Shown here piece after piece: positions 29,753 through 40,348 of a DNA stretch of 64,000 nucleotides. The stretch comes from an uncultured Oscillospiraceae bacterium (GTDB lineage Bacteria; Bacillota; Clostridia; Saccharofermentanales; Fastidiosipilaceae): positions 25,392 to 89,391 of the forward strand of contig CAYFSS010000003.1 of the NCBI GenBank assembly GCA_964345975.1. The letters are read 5' to 3'. The translations under genes were made by a program, and so were the position numbers. The notes under the pieces are model-generated. The model was not told the origin of the DNA. It saw only the letters and a program-made list of their open reading frames with translations, and made no database searches. Each line of letters opens with the position of its first letter. Positions within the stretch are counted from its first letter, which is position 1.

Positions 29753-30238
29753 TTAGCGATTAAGCCCCAACCAGGCTTCTATTCTATTTTGCGAATAGGG
29801 GCTTTGAACTTTGATATGCTCAAAACCATCTTCGTTTGCTCGTAGTACGGCAGGAATCGTCTCCATATCATGCTCGTCGATAAAATCATTTAGATCCTTG
29901 TCATCTGCATATGCATAGTAGTCGAGATAGACAACGGATAAATCATGCTTATCGATAATCGGGTTAAAGTCTTTCACGAAAGCCCTACAGTACTCGCACG
30001 TCTCGCCACCGATGTAGAGATAAAACTCATCACCCGCTGCTTGCTTATCCTTTGCTTCAGTCAACGTGACCGGTTCCAGGTTTGCGATATCATCACGATA
30101 GGCTTTGATTTCAGCAGAGACGTTTTCGTCTCCGGCTTTTGAATTACTCGCTTCACCTTGTTGCGGGGCACAAGCCGAAATGAGCAGGGTGAAAACTATG
30201 AGGAGGGCTAGGAGTCCATAGGAAGTATGTCTACGCAT
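29753..30238 (-). CDS. Thioredoxin-fold lipoprotein with a CxxC motif
   Basis: Signal peptide plus lipobox LLISAC from the ATG at 30238. Redox motif GGETCEYCRAF. The ORF is open to 30274. Confidence 0.7.
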   Translation of the reverse strand: MRRHTSYGLLALLIVFTLLISACAPQQGEASNSKAGDENVSAEIKAYRDDIANLEPVTLTEAKDKQAAGDEFYLYIGGETCEYCRAFVKDFNPIIDKHDLSVVYLDYYAYADDKDLNDFIDEHDMETIPAVLRANEDGFEHIKVQSPYSQNRIEAWLGLNR

Positions 30239-30359
30239 ATATAATCCTTTCTTTCCGAAGGGCTTAATGATCAACTCAGTGTAGCACTAGGTTTTAAAGT
30301 GCGAAGTTACTTTGACCGACGTTTAAGCGATCTAGGCAAGAGTCGAAGCTAAGGATCTA

Positions 30360-30932
30360 TTACATCAAGCCTGCAGCAATATCGTCTTGTATCATTTCTA
30401 TGGTGCGGAACGTTCTAGTCTTGCTAGAGTCGTATCGATTCCAATGGATTGCTTCATCGGTATACCAGCTATGAGCCACCGGAACTCTTGCGGGATAACC
30501 AAATTCGATGAATACCAGGGGTTGTACATCAGGTGGGATGGCAAGTATCTCCCGAAATTGTTCTTCATCGTAAGAGGCAATGCAGACGGAGCCCAGCCCC
30601 ATTTCTACTGCTTGGAGCATCATGTTCTGTGCCGCCATACCACAATCGATAGACCAGCCTCCGCCTTCCCAAGGGATGTGGTGATAGACGCCGCAAATGA
30701 CAATCGCTAGCTGAGCATTGTATTGTCCCTGAGATGTCGTTGCTTTCACACGTTCTAGGACCGCCGGGTCATCGACCACAATATAAGTCCATGGTTGAAG
30801 ATTGCAGGCTGATGGCGCAGCCATAGCAGCTCTCAGAAGCACCTCGACCTTCTCCGGCTCAATGGGTTGCTCGAGAAAATGCCGGACGCTGCGTCTTGCA
30901 AGAATCGTTTCAAATACAGGCAGATCTTTCAT
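30360..30932 (-). CDS. Nitroreductase-family flavoprotein
   Basis: 190 aa with the N-terminal motif ILARRSVRHF and a typical nitroreductase length. RBS AGGAG lies 8 nt upstream. Confidence 0.85.
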   Translation of the reverse strand: MKDLPVFETILARRSVRHFLEQPIEPEKVEVLLRAAMAAPSACNLQPWTYIVVDDPAVLERVKATTSQGQYNAQLAIVICGVYHHIPWEGGGWSIDCGMAAQNMMLQAVEMGLGSVCIASYDEEQFREILAIPPDVQPLVFIEFGYPARVPVAHSWYTDEAIHWNRYDSSKTRTFRTIEMIQDDIAAGLM

Positions 30933-31070
30933 GGGGTTACTCCTATATTTACTGACAAATTATCTTAAGAATAGTTCACCATCATTCGTCTTCATCATGT
31001 GAGTTTAGAGACGTCCTGTAAATATTCTCTTGTCGTCATAATTCCATTGGTCTCACAAAGTTTTAGCTAG

Positions 31071-31106
31071 AAAAAACAAAACCCATCGTTCATAAAAACG
31101 ATGGGT
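31071..31106 (-). terminator. Rho-independent terminator downstream of tRNA-Trp
   Basis: On the minus strand, ACCCATCGT-loop-ACGATGGGT forms a 9-bp stem followed by TTTGTTTTTT. Confidence 0.8.
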
Positions 31107-31113
31107 CATACTT

Positions 31114-31189
<76 letters not shown>

Positions 31190-31319
31190 AAATCATTGAC
31201 CGAATAATTTTCGACTCGGTTCAAAGACTCATGAAGTGTAGACCAGCTAAGCTCGTCCTGTCAAGTTATCGGCGTGTCTATGCTATTATTAGAGACTGTA
31301 ATTCTAGTGAGGAGAGTCC

Positions 31320-31799
31320 ATGTCAGAAAACACAAATGAGCTTGAACTTACGACAAACGAAGATCGTCTCGACCTCTACACGGATGGGGCATGTTCCGGA
31401 AATCCGGGTGCCGGAGGCTGGGGCGCTATCCTCGTTTATCGCGGCGTTGAGAAGGAAATGTCCGGTGGAGAAGCTCATACGACAAATAATCGCATGGAAC
31501 TCATGGCTGTCATTGAAGGCTTGAAAGCTGTCAATCGCCCTCTGCCAATTACGGTCCATACAGATAGTAATTACATTGTTCAAGCGTATACAGATGGTTG
31601 GATTAAGAATTGGAAGCGCAATGGTTGGCTCAATGCTGCCAAGAAACCTGTCAGCAATCGTGATCTTTGGGAAGAACTGGATGCTCTCGTCAACCGTCAA
31701 CCGCTGAAGTGGATCAAAGTGAAAGGTCATAGCGGTCATCACTTTAACGAACGGGTCGACGCACTAGCCGTTGCGGAAGCTGCAAAGAGAAAGGTCTAG
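31320..31799 (+). CDS. rnhA: Ribonuclease HI
   Basis: Motifs YTDGACSGNPGAGGWG, TNNRMEL, HTDSNY and KGHSGHHFNERVDALA. RBS GAGGAG. Confidence 0.9.
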   Translation: MSENTNELELTTNEDRLDLYTDGACSGNPGAGGWGAILVYRGVEKEMSGGEAHTTNNRMELMAVIEGLKAVNRPLPITVHTDSNYIVQAYTDGWIKNWKRNGWLNAAKKPVSNRDLWEELDALVNRQPLKWIKVKGHSGHHFNERVDALAVAEAAKRKV

Positions 31800-31806
31800 G
31801 CTTACG

Positions 31807-32388
31807 ATGGTTCACGATGTCCATGGGGAAGATATCCCTGAAACTTTACGCGAAGACATGATCCTTGAAGAGACAATCTATGACGGCCGTGTCATTGAGA
31901 TTAAGCAGCGTTTAATTCGCCAGCACGATGCACGCTTCCAATTAAGAGAAGTCGTGAAGCATAACGGCGGGGTTGGAATTCTAGCAATCACGCCCGATGA
32001 TGAAGTCTTTATGGTTCGTCAATATCGTACGGCTGCGAATGCCGCCTTGTTAGAGATCCCGGCCGGCAAATTGGAGGTAGGAGAAGATCCTGCAGAATGC
32101 GCCGGACGTGAGCTTGAAGAAGAATGTGCAATTAAGGCTAAATCACTTCATTTGCTTGGTGCTTTCTATCCGACACCCGGATATAGCAGCGAAATGATCC
32201 ATCTATATTGGACAAATGATTATGTCCAAGGGGAACAAAACTTAGACGATGGAGAAGAATTGGAACTCTATCGTATCCCTATCCAAGAGGTTATCGACAT
32301 GATTCATGAAGGTCAAATTCAAGACGGCAAGACTCAAGTAGCAATCCTTAAATACGTGCAGATGCACTCGAGGATCAACCATGAGTAA
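31807..32388 (+). CDS. nudF: ADP-ribose pyrophosphatase (Nudix hydrolase)
   Basis: Nudix box [22 protein letters not shown]. The ATG at 31807 avoids overlap with rnhA; the ORF is open from 31771. Confidence 0.85.
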   Translation: MVHDVHGEDIPETLREDMILEETIYDGRVIEIKQRLIRQHDARFQLREVVKHNGGVGILAITPDDEVFMVRQYRTAANAALLEIPAGKLEVGEDPAECAGRELEEECAIKAKSLHLLGAFYPTPGYSSEMIHLYWTNDYVQGEQNLDDGEELELYRIPIQEVIDMIHEGQIQDGKTQVAILKYVQMHSRINHE

Positions 32389-35266
32389 GTCGCGCGAGCT
32401 ACGCCAGAGTCGCGAACTCCTCGGCATGATAGGGGTTCTCATCGCCGTTGTCCTTAGCTTGGCTTTGTATTCGAAGCCGGGTACAGCCGGTGTCCTCGGC
32501 GATGCGATCCGGCAAGTTTGCTTAGGGCTCTGGGGACCTCTCGTCTATGGTCTTCCGGTTATTCCACTCATGACAGGACTGATCCTCCTTTTAGGGAGAG
32601 AGCATCGGTCACCCCGTCAACGGATCGTCCATGCCGTCCTTGTTTTCTCAATAGCTGCGGGTCTATGGCATCTGCTAAATTTCAGTCTTGAAGACACACG
32701 CGCTCTCTTACAGCTCCTACGAAGCCAGCATAGTACGCTGGATCCGACCGCACCCTTGCCGGCGTCCCTCAGCTTTGAGCTCTTTTGGAGTGCCAGCGTT
32801 GAGCCGCAAGTTTATTTAGCGGATAAGAGTTTAGGTCCCGGCGGTATCATAGGGGGAATCATGGCAACGTCCCTCGAGACGTTGCTGGGCTTTTATGGGG
32901 CATTAGCTGTCATGATTCTCATGCTCCTAGCCGAACTCTTTATTCTCTTTAATTTCTCTATCTCCTATTTCTTCCAACGCTTGAAAGATCAACGGCAAGA
33001 GAGTGGTGGACAAGTTCGTGCGCTGGTTGATTTGGCTCTGGAGCGCTCTCAAACCAGGTACATGGAAGATCAGATGCCGCTGGAGGAAGACCCTATCCCC
33101 ATGAACGAACCCCGAGGTCTAACGTTAGCTCAGTGGAATGAACAATTTCGTGATACTTGGCTGCAAGAAGAAGCGGATGAAGTTGGCGGTGAGTTCCCGA
33201 TCGAGGAAACCATTGAGCACGAGCCCATCGAAGAGGTTCCCACCCAAAAGCCCAAACAGGCCAGCCCATGGTTTACCGAGTTCTTTCAGGAAGCTCCAAA
33301 GCCAAATCATGAGCGTGAGGTCACCGCTAAGATTCTTGATGATATAGAAATTGAGAGTTTTGAAGATGAGGCTATTTTGATCGGCACAAATACCGAAACA
33401 CAAATGAGAGAGCCTGATCCTGAAGTATTTTCTGATGCCCCTACCTCTGATGTCCCTTCCTTTGATGCCTCTTCCGGGGAGGTAGTTGAGCCCTTAGATT
33501 CCCACGAGATTGAAGCTGAAATTGCAGATGTTGAGATTGAAACTGCAGCGGCGGAAGAAGAGACAGATTCTCAAGCCGAATTTGCAGAAGATGACTTATT
33601 CGAAGCTGAAACTACAGAAGATGATGTGACGGACGTTCCAATGGAAGTCCCCGGACCCGAAATCAAACAAGATCAAGAACCTCGGGTCATTCGTCCTTAT
33701 ATCCTGCCACCTTTATCTCTCCTGAAAGAGGAGAAGAAACAAACGAACGCCGGATCCAGAGAGCGTGTCCAAAGATTGGCCAAGCGACTCATTGAAACGC
33801 TCAAGAGCTTCGGGGTCGAAGCTAAGCTGGAACACATCACGACGGGTCCTACCATCACTCGATTTGAGCTTTCACCGGGACCGGGAGTTAAGGTGTCTCG
33901 GATCGTTGGTTTAAGTGATGATATTGCCCTTAATCTGGCAGCTACCGGTGTCCGTATAGAAGCACCGATTCCGGGGAAATCTGCCATTGGTATTGAGATA
34001 CCCAATGAAGAGAAGAGGGTCGTGGAGCTCCGATCGCTCTTGGAGAGTCAGGCCTGGCGCGAAACCGAGGAAAACTTGATCGTGCCTTTGGGGAGAGATA
34101 TCCCGGGTGCCCCTATCATCTGCGATATCAAGCGCATGCCTCACCTCTTGATTGCCGGTGCTACGGGTTCCGGCAAATCCATCTGCATCAATACCATCCT
34201 CATCAGCATTTTGTACCGTGCAACGCCCAAAGATGTTCGCCTCCTCATGATTGACCCCAAGGTCGTTGAATTATCGGTTTACAATGGGATACCACATCTT
34301 CTTGCTCCGGTCGTCACGGACCCGAAGAAAGCTGCAAATACTCTGAACTGGGCAGTCGATGAGATGACAAGAAGGTATGCACTCTTTGCCCAATTTGGAG
34401 TACGAAATGCAGAAGCTTACAATGAATTAATCGTCGAGCGAAGAGAATCGATTCGCCGTGCACGAGCTGAAGGCGAACATGAAGTATTGCTGCAATATCA
34501 AGATGAAGATGAGAGACGCCGGAAACGAGCGGAAGCACAGAACATGAATGTCCGTGAGTCCAGTATTTTCCCCGCAGATGAAGAGCTCCCGCATATTCTG
34601 GTCGTCATCGATGAATTGAGCGATTTGATGCAAACCTCGCCGAAAGAAGTCGAGGACTCTATTGCAAGGCTCACAGCTATGGCACGAGCAGCAGGCATTC
34701 ACCTCATCATTGCAACCCAAAGACCTTCCGTCGATGTTATTACAGGAGTTATCAAGGCGAACATTCCTTCGCGTGTGGCGTTTGCCGTATCTTCCCAAAT
34801 TGACTCGAGGACCATTCTGGATCAAGCCGGCGCCGAGAAACTCTTGGGCAAAGGGGACTTGCTCTATAGTCCGCAGGATCGGTCGAAGCCGGTGAGAGGG
34901 CAGGGGGCTTTTGTGAGTAGTGTGGAAGTTGAACGCGTGCTTGACTTCATCCGCGATCAGCAACATGAGACAACGGATCCTGAGATAGCTGCCGAGATCA
35001 TGGCAACAGGATCGACGGCCGTGGAGCTTGATTCCGATGAAGAACGGGATGAACTCTATGAAGAAGCGATGGATGTTCTCTTGGATGTTGGATACGCTTC
35101 CGTTTCGATTCTGCAAAGGCGTTTGAATGTAGGCTATCCTAGAGCAGCAAGACTTATCGATACGTTGGAACAAGACGGTCTCATCGGACCGTTTGAAGGA
35201 AGTAAGCCTCGTGTGATCCTCGTCGATCGAACCGCGTGGGAAGCTTTGAAAGCCAGCCAGAACTAA
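32381..35266 (+). CDS. ftsK: DNA translocase FtsK/SpoIIIE
   Basis: N-terminal TM helices and an acidic linker of about 250 aa. The motor has Walker A GATGSGKS and Walker [10 protein letters not shown]. The gamma winged helix is [21 protein letters not shown]. Confidence 0.95.
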   Translation: MSKSRELRQSRELLGMIGVLIAVVLSLALYSKPGTAGVLGDAIRQVCLGLWGPLVYGLPVIPLMTGLILLLGREHRSPRQRIVHAVLVFSIAAGLWHLLNFSLEDTRALLQLLRSQHSTLDPTAPLPASLSFELFWSASVEPQVYLADKSLGPGGIIGGIMATSLETLLGFYGALAVMILMLLAELFILFNFSISYFFQRLKDQRQESGGQVRALVDLALERSQTRYMEDQMPLEEDPIPMNEPRGLTLAQWNEQFRDTWLQEEADEVGGEFPIEETIEHEPIEEVPTQKPKQASPWFTEFFQEAPKPNHEREVTAKILDDIEIESFEDEAILIGTNTETQMREPDPEVFSDAPTSDVPSFDASSGEVVEPLDSHEIEAEIADVEIETAAAEEETDSQAEFAEDDLFEAETTEDDVTDVPMEVPGPEIKQDQEPRVIRPYILPPLSLLKEEKKQTNAGSRERVQRLAKRLIETLKSFGVEAKLEHITTGPTITRFELSPGPGVKVSRIVGLSDDIALNLAATGVRIEAPIPGKSAIGIEIPNEEKRVVELRSLLESQAWRETEENLIVPLGRDIPGAPIICDIKRMPHLLIAGATGSGKSICINTILISILYRATPKDVRLLMIDPKVVELSVYNGIPHLLAPVVTDPKKAANTLNWAVDEMTRRYALFAQFGVRNAEAYNELIVERRESIRRARAEGEHEVLLQYQDEDERRRKRAEAQNMNVRESSIFPADEELPHILVVIDELSDLMQTSPKEVEDSIARLTAMARAAGIHLIIATQRPSVDVITGVIKANIPSRVAFAVSSQIDSRTILDQAGAEKLLGKGDLLYSPQDRSKPVRGQGAFVSSVEVERVLDFIRDQQHETTDPEIAAEIMATGSTAVELDSDEERDELYEEAMDVLLDVGYASVSILQRRLNVGYPRAARLIDTLEQDGLIGPFEGSKPRVILVDRTAWEALKASQN

Positions 35267-35281
35267 GAATGGAAGTATGTT

Positions 35282-36166
35282 ATGCACCAAAATGAGCGCC
35301 CAAGCAACGGAATATTGTCAGGCAAGAAAGTAGCTGACGAGATCTATGCAAATTTAAAGCAGAAACTCGACAATCGTGGTGATGTGCGTGCGCCGGGACT
35401 TGCCGTAATCTTGGTGGGTGAAGATCCTGCCTCTATGACTTATACGTCGAGCAAGGCCAAGAATGCCGAGAAATTAGGGATTCATTCTCAGATTCTGCGG
35501 TTTGCGGAAGACCTCAGTGAAGCAGAACTCTTAGGCGAGATCGAAACCTTGAACCGCGATGAAACGATCGATGGGATTCTTGTCCAGTTGCCGTTGCCTC
35601 CCCATATCGATACAGCAAAGGTGCAGCGGGCGATTAAGTCTGAGAAGGATGTCGATGGGTTTCATCCCACGAATTTAGGCCTTCTCCTGCAAAATGAGCC
35701 GGGGCTTCGGCCTTGTACGCCTCAGGGCATTATGAGACTCCTCGAGTACTATGATATCCCGCTTGCAGGAGCTGAAGCCGTTGTCTTAGGTCGAAGCAAT
35801 ATCGTCGGGAAGCCTATGGCTCAGCTGCTTCTCCAAGCGGATGCCACGGTGAGCCAACTGCATTCCAAGTCACGGGATCGGGCTAAACATTTAGCGGAAG
35901 CCGATCTTGTTGTCGTCGCGATAGGTCAGCCTGAGCAGGTGAAGATCGATGAACTTCGCCCGGGATCGGTTGTCATCGACGTCGGGATTCATCGAACGTC
36001 AACAAAGAAATTGGTGGGCGATGTGGAACACGGTGTCGAGGAGAAAGTTCTCGTGACGCCGGTTCCGGGGGGTGTAGGTCCATTGACCGTCGCCCAGTTG
36101 ATGGATAATTGTGTGCGGGCCTGGGAAGTTAATACAGGTCAGAACGGAGCGTGCGATGAACGCTGA
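35282..36166 (+). CDS. folD: Bifunctional methylenetetrahydrofolate dehydrogenase/cyclohydrolase
   Basis: Motifs ILVQLPLP and TPVPGGVGPLT, with typical length. Confidence 0.95.
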   Translation: MHQNERPSNGILSGKKVADEIYANLKQKLDNRGDVRAPGLAVILVGEDPASMTYTSSKAKNAEKLGIHSQILRFAEDLSEAELLGEIETLNRDETIDGILVQLPLPPHIDTAKVQRAIKSEKDVDGFHPTNLGLLLQNEPGLRPCTPQGIMRLLEYYDIPLAGAEAVVLGRSNIVGKPMAQLLLQADATVSQLHSKSRDRAKHLAEADLVVVAIGQPEQVKIDELRPGSVVIDVGIHRTSTKKLVGDVEHGVEEKVLVTPVPGGVGPLTVAQLMDNCVRAWEVNTGQNGACDER

Positions 36167-37460
36167 TAGAGCGATCGAAAGTGTAGAGATTCTCTGCGTC
36201 GGGACAGAACTCCTGATGGGGCAGATCGTCAACACAAATGCATCAAACCTGGCGAAGAAACTGGCAGATCTAGGGCTATACAGCTATTACCAAACCGTTG
36301 TCGGTGACCATCCGGGACGTATGGCTGAGGCCATGCGCCTAGGGCTTGAACGTTCCGATGCTGTGATCATCACGGGGGGCTTGGGGCCAACCGATGATGA
36401 TATTTGTATGGAAATCGCTGCTGAGGTTGCAGGCGAGGCGTTAGTCTTCGATGAAGCTGCGTGGGAGACGATTTCGCAGTACTTCGATCGTCAAGGACGA
36501 GAAGCAACTGAGAATAATCGGAAGCAGGCTTTTAGACCCAAGAATGCAATTTCCATCCCCAATAATAACGGCACTGCACCGGGCGCCATTGTCCCGGTTG
36601 AGGTTCGGGAGAAAACGAGCTATTTGATCTTGCTTCCCGGCCCCCCGCGTGAAAATGCTCCGATGTTTGATGACTTTGTAGCACCGTTCTTAACGGCTCA
36701 TAGGCAGCATGATCTGCGAACGGTCTTTGTCCATTTTGTGGAAATCGGTGAATCCAATCTTGTTACTATTCTCAAAGATTTAATCGCCGAACAAACGAAC
36801 CCCACGATTGCTCCCTATGCATCAGAGGGGAAAGTGACGCTTCGCCTGACGCAGTCGGTTGATGACGGGAATGAAGAAGACCTCATCGCACCCGTCCTAG
36901 ATGTCATTGATGATCGTTTAGGGCGATACATCTTTGAAATTGGGGATCGTGATGTATACCAAGTCCTGCTCGATCATATGACGGAAACAGGCGATACGCT
37001 GTCGATCGTTGAAAGCTGTTCAGGGGGGCGCTTGCTTTCGTCATTCATTCAACATTCGGGAGCTTCGGAGGTGATTGAGGGTGGGCTCGTGACCTATTCC
37101 AATCGTTCGAAGAACGAGCAGTTGGGCATTTCGATGGACTTCATTGAGACGCACGGTGCGGTCAGTGAAAAGGTCGCCCGTGCGATGGCAGAGGCTTGTC
37201 GAGATTGTTTTGGCACAACCTATGCACTGTCAACGACAGGGATAGCCGGTCCTGACGGTGGCACCAACGAAAAGCCCGTAGGAACTACCTACCTTGCTCT
37301 GGCCGGTCCCCGGGGCACATCGGTTATTCATCGCGTGTTCCGAGGCAACAGAGATAAGAATCGTCGTCTAGCTGCAATCAATGCAGCGACGATGCTGTGG
37401 CGTCATTTCCAAGAAGAGGGCAAGATTACCTTCGGGAAGGAGCTACGCTTTGAAGAATAG
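36156..37460 (+). CDS. cinA: CinA-family competence/damage-inducible protein (PncC-type nicotinamide-nucleotide amidase domain)
   Basis: N-terminus ILCVGTELLMGQIVNTN and C-terminal domain SIVESCSGG...TTGIAGPDGG. The ATG at 36156 follows ACGGAG; the ORF is open from 36111. Confidence 0.9.
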   Translation: MNADRAIESVEILCVGTELLMGQIVNTNASNLAKKLADLGLYSYYQTVVGDHPGRMAEAMRLGLERSDAVIITGGLGPTDDDICMEIAAEVAGEALVFDEAAWETISQYFDRQGREATENNRKQAFRPKNAISIPNNNGTAPGAIVPVEVREKTSYLILLPGPPRENAPMFDDFVAPFLTAHRQHDLRTVFVHFVEIGESNLVTILKDLIAEQTNPTIAPYASEGKVTLRLTQSVDDGNEEDLIAPVLDVIDDRLGRYIFEIGDRDVYQVLLDHMTETGDTLSIVESCSGGRLLSSFIQHSGASEVIEGGLVTYSNRSKNEQLGISMDFIETHGAVSEKVARAMAEACRDCFGTTYALSTTGIAGPDGGTNEKPVGTTYLALAGPRGTSVIHRVFRGNRDKNRRLAAINAATMLWRHFQEEGKITFGKELRFEE

Positions 37461-37464
37461 ACCG

Positions 37465-40170
37465 GTGGAATCACGGATCAGAGGATTGCGTTTGCCCGGA
37501 GGCCCGGCCAATAGACCGGATCGAGATCAAGTCAGAGAAATGTTTGCTCGAGGCGAAGGTCTCGACCCTCGCGAACTGACAATTTATAAGGACTCTGAAT
37601 CTCTCTTGAATGATATTCAAGAGAAACGTGTCTTTATGCCAACGGATGGCGGTACAGATTTAGAAGAATCCTTGAAAGAACTAGATGCTGCGCTTGAAGA
37701 AGCTGCTCGTTCGAGAAGAGCTGATGCTCGGCCGGAAATGAACGCTTATCCGGAACCTCAGGTCATGACCGAAGAACCCCAACAGAAAACAAAGACGCCT
37801 TTGTGGAAAAGGATCATTAAATCTGACCTTGCGCCTGTTTCAGAATCTGTAGAATATCCCGATGAAACGACAAGAGACGAAGAGGATGTGTTCCTCGACG
37901 AAACGGTTCAGACGCAACATGATGCTCTGACACACGCTCAATCTCCGGAGTCTAGATCTGATGTCTCGATCGACGGAGGTGATGAAACAGAGAATTCACT
38001 GAATCAGGATGATTCAATGCCTCGGGATGCCATAAGAGTTCCGATTCGAGAAGGTGCCGGCCAGTTCGATGCTTCTCAATCATCGCTTCATGATAGCGCT
38101 CGTGTCGATGCACGTGATAGCGGTCGTGACGATGTGCGCGCTGTTGGTCGTGTCGATATACGTGATAGCGGTCGTGTCGATGTCCGCGATATTAGTCCAA
38201 TAGAGGCTCAAGATAAAGATCAGGCCAGAACACAAGACAGCGCTCGATTTACTACCCATGAGATCGCGCGGGTCTATACTGAGGATCAAAGCCAAAATCA
38301 AAAGCCAGCCATTCGACGGATTGAAGCTGAACGTAAAGAACCACCGGAACCTAGTGATCGGGCAGTGGAGGAAGGAACGGCGGTTTTCTTATCCCTTGCA
38401 GCATCGCAAAGCGACTCCATCAGTGGTACGGTAACTGCTCCTATGGCGGAGCCTGCGGTCACAATGGCTACTTCGCGTTTGCCCAAGATTACAAAGGAGC
38501 ATTTAGATGGAACAAACTCGGACGGCAACGATCACAACAAAGTGACTAATACAGGCGAAGAGGTCCATGAACGAACGGAAGAGAATGGCAACAGAGCCTC
38601 TCGTTTGGACCACCTAACAAGGTCGACGCTCATCCTCATCGTAGGACTCATCTTAAGTAAGCTTACCGGGCAGATACGCCAAGTCTTGTACCCCCATGTT
38701 TTTGTCCAGAAACATTTAACAGACGCTTACGTTCAGGGATTCCTCATTCCGGATTTTATCTATGAACTCTTAGTCGGCGGTTCAATCCAAGCTGCGATTG
38801 TCCCAACGCTTGCCTCCGCCCTGGGAACCAAAGAAGAGCGGAAGACATGGCATTCCGTATCGATCTTCATTTCCTTTGTTTCCGTCATCATGCTCCTAAC
38901 CCTAGTCATAGCGGAAGTCTTCACACCTCAACTCTTGGCACCCTTCGTTAAGATTGAGAATTTAGAGCTAACGGCAAGAATGGCCAGAGTGCTCTTCCCA
39001 CAAACCTTCTTCATGATGGGTGCTGCCTTGAGCATCGGAATTATCAATGCATATAGTAATTTCATAAAGACAAGTTTCGGACCTGCTATCTACAATTCAC
39101 TCTTTGCTGCAAGCCTCCTCATTTTGGGAACTTCAAGTGAACAAGGTTTGATTCATGTCGGCATCGGAGTGAGCCTAAGTGCTCTAGCTTACTTCTTATT
39201 CCAAATCTTTCTCGGCCGCAAAGAAATCTCACCTTATCGTTTCCGTCTGGATTTAAAGGATAGAGGCTTTAGATTGTTGCTGCTCCTGGCAGTTCCTATT
39301 TTATTTTCCTCTTCGATTGCCCATTTAAATACGATGGTCCTCCATGGCTTCACGAAATCGATGGAAGCCGGGGCTGCGACGGCGCTGAATCAGGCAAACT
39401 CGGTTTGGCTCTTGCCTTACGGTGTCTTTACCGTTGCCATCGGACAAGCCATGTTACCTACCCTTTCAACCTTGATTGGTCGCGAGAAGGACGAGGCTGC
39501 TTCGTCCTTGTTATCCGCTTCGATAAGACGGATGCTATTTTTTGCAATTCCGTCAGCCATCACATTCTTCATCCTCAGGGAAGACTTGATGCTGGGCATC
39601 TTTATATGGCGATTTGATGGCTATGATGCTCAAATTGAAGTTACCCGATTAGCGGCTAGACTCTTACAGTGGTATTGCATTTCCATCGTTGTCCAAGGGT
39701 TCATCTATCTCTATAACTATGCTTTCTATGCAATGAAAGTCACGTATTTACCCCTAATTAACGGTATTTTATCACTTGCGTTGACCTTGGCGGTTGGAAG
39801 TTACATAACTCAACCTAATGTATTGGGGGCCGAGGGTCTATCCGTTTCCTATGCCCTTTCAGGTACCATAACAGCCCTGATTCTTGGCATCCTCTTCAAG
39901 TTGCGATTTAGAAAACTTGCCCCGCGCTTCTTAACACGAGCATGGGGGATCTTCTTTGTGAAAATGATCCCAATGACCGTGGTGATGGTCGGGGCGCTAT
40001 ACTTGATGGAAACCTACTTTACCCCGGCTGCCGTGGGCGGCAAGATCCAACAAATCGTTTGGCTTGGACTACGATTCGGCGTCGCCTTTGGAATCTGGTT
40101 CATCGGTGGAAAGCTGTTGAAGCTCGACCTTAAAGTCGAGCCGCAAACACCAAAGAAGGCCGCTTTATAA
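37465..40170 (+). CDS. murJ: MurJ/MviN-like lipid II flippase (MOP superfamily) with a 360-385-aa low-complexity N-terminal extension
   Basis: The frame is continuously open from 37381. Candidate starts are GTG 37465 and ATG 37540. The polytopic core of about 515 aa begins near 38617 and carries MurJ-like segments GGSIQAAIVPTL and ALNQANSVWLLPYGVFTVAIGQAMLPTLS. Confidence 0.7.
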   Translation: MESRIRGLRLPGGPANRPDRDQVREMFARGEGLDPRELTIYKDSESLLNDIQEKRVFMPTDGGTDLEESLKELDAALEEAARSRRADARPEMNAYPEPQVMTEEPQQKTKTPLWKRIIKSDLAPVSESVEYPDETTRDEEDVFLDETVQTQHDALTHAQSPESRSDVSIDGGDETENSLNQDDSMPRDAIRVPIREGAGQFDASQSSLHDSARVDARDSGRDDVRAVGRVDIRDSGRVDVRDISPIEAQDKDQARTQDSARFTTHEIARVYTEDQSQNQKPAIRRIEAERKEPPEPSDRAVEEGTAVFLSLAASQSDSISGTVTAPMAEPAVTMATSRLPKITKEHLDGTNSDGNDHNKVTNTGEEVHERTEENGNRASRLDHLTRSTLILIVGLILSKLTGQIRQVLYPHVFVQKHLTDAYVQGFLIPDFIYELLVGGSIQAAIVPTLASALGTKEERKTWHSVSIFISFVSVIMLLTLVIAEVFTPQLLAPFVKIENLELTARMARVLFPQTFFMMGAALSIGIINAYSNFIKTSFGPAIYNSLFAASLLILGTSSEQGLIHVGIGVSLSALAYFLFQIFLGRKEISPYRFRLDLKDRGFRLLLLLAVPILFSSSIAHLNTMVLHGFTKSMEAGAATALNQANSVWLLPYGVFTVAIGQAMLPTLSTLIGREKDEAASSLLSASIRRMLFFAIPSAITFFILREDLMLGIFIWRFDGYDAQIEVTRLAARLLQWYCISIVVQGFIYLYNYAFYAMKVTYLPLINGILSLALTLAVGSYITQPNVLGAEGLSVSYALSGTITALILGILFKLRFRKLAPRFLTRAWGIFFVKMIPMTVVMVGALYLMETYFTPAAVGGKIQQIVWLGLRFGVAFGIWFIGGKLLKLDLKVEPQTPKKAAL
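38092..38187 (+). repeat. In-frame 4 x 24-nt imperfect tandem repeat (consensus GATAGCGGTCGTGTCGATGTNCGY, encoding D-S-G-R-V-D-V-R)
   Basis: The four units are DSARVDAR, DSGRDDVR, AVGRVDIR and DSGRVDVR, read directly from 38092-38115, 38116-38139, 38140-38163 and 38164-38187. Confidence 0.9.
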
Positions 40171-40348
40171 CCCAAAAGTCCACAAAGCTTACAAAGCTTT
40201 CACAGCTAAAAACCCTTAACTCCTTGCCTCTAACTAGGGGCAAGTCTATACTTATCGATACGAATCTACTTGCTTCTACGCTAACTCAAGCACGATCTAA
40301 ATGAATCTGCTGAGCCGGCGTTCCCTATAAATATTGAAGGAGGTCTTC

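Noticed and set aside
31190-31319. An integrase, att site or prophage remnant next to tRNA-Trp.
   Set aside because: The flanking genes are rnhA and a nitroreductase. I saw no recombinase-like ORF in any frame and no duplicated tRNA 3' segment.
34427-35290. A 287-aa ORF on the minus strand. Other long antisense ORFs are similar: 2955-3605, 25326-25874, 41382-41876, 18879-19349, 52501-52941, 56844-57290 and 28991-29428.
   Set aside because: Each lies entirely antisense to a confidently identified, motif-rich gene (ftsK, polC, oppB, recX, the aldolase, ftsY, trmD, oppF). Their translations are low-complexity or R/S/H-rich with no recognisable motifs or RBS. These are typical shadow ORFs.
37381-37464. 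The ATG at 37381 as the start of the MurJ-like gene.
   Set aside because: It would overlap the last 80 nt of cinA in another frame and has no RBS. GTG 37465 and ATG 37540 are more plausible, though neither has a strong RBS, so the start remains uncertain.
40171-40348. A search for a LexA (Cheo-box, GAAC-N4-GTTC) operator upstream of recA.
   Set aside because: The closest sequence, CGAATCTACTTGC at 40261-40273, mismatches both half-sites. No convincing SOS box can be claimed by eye.
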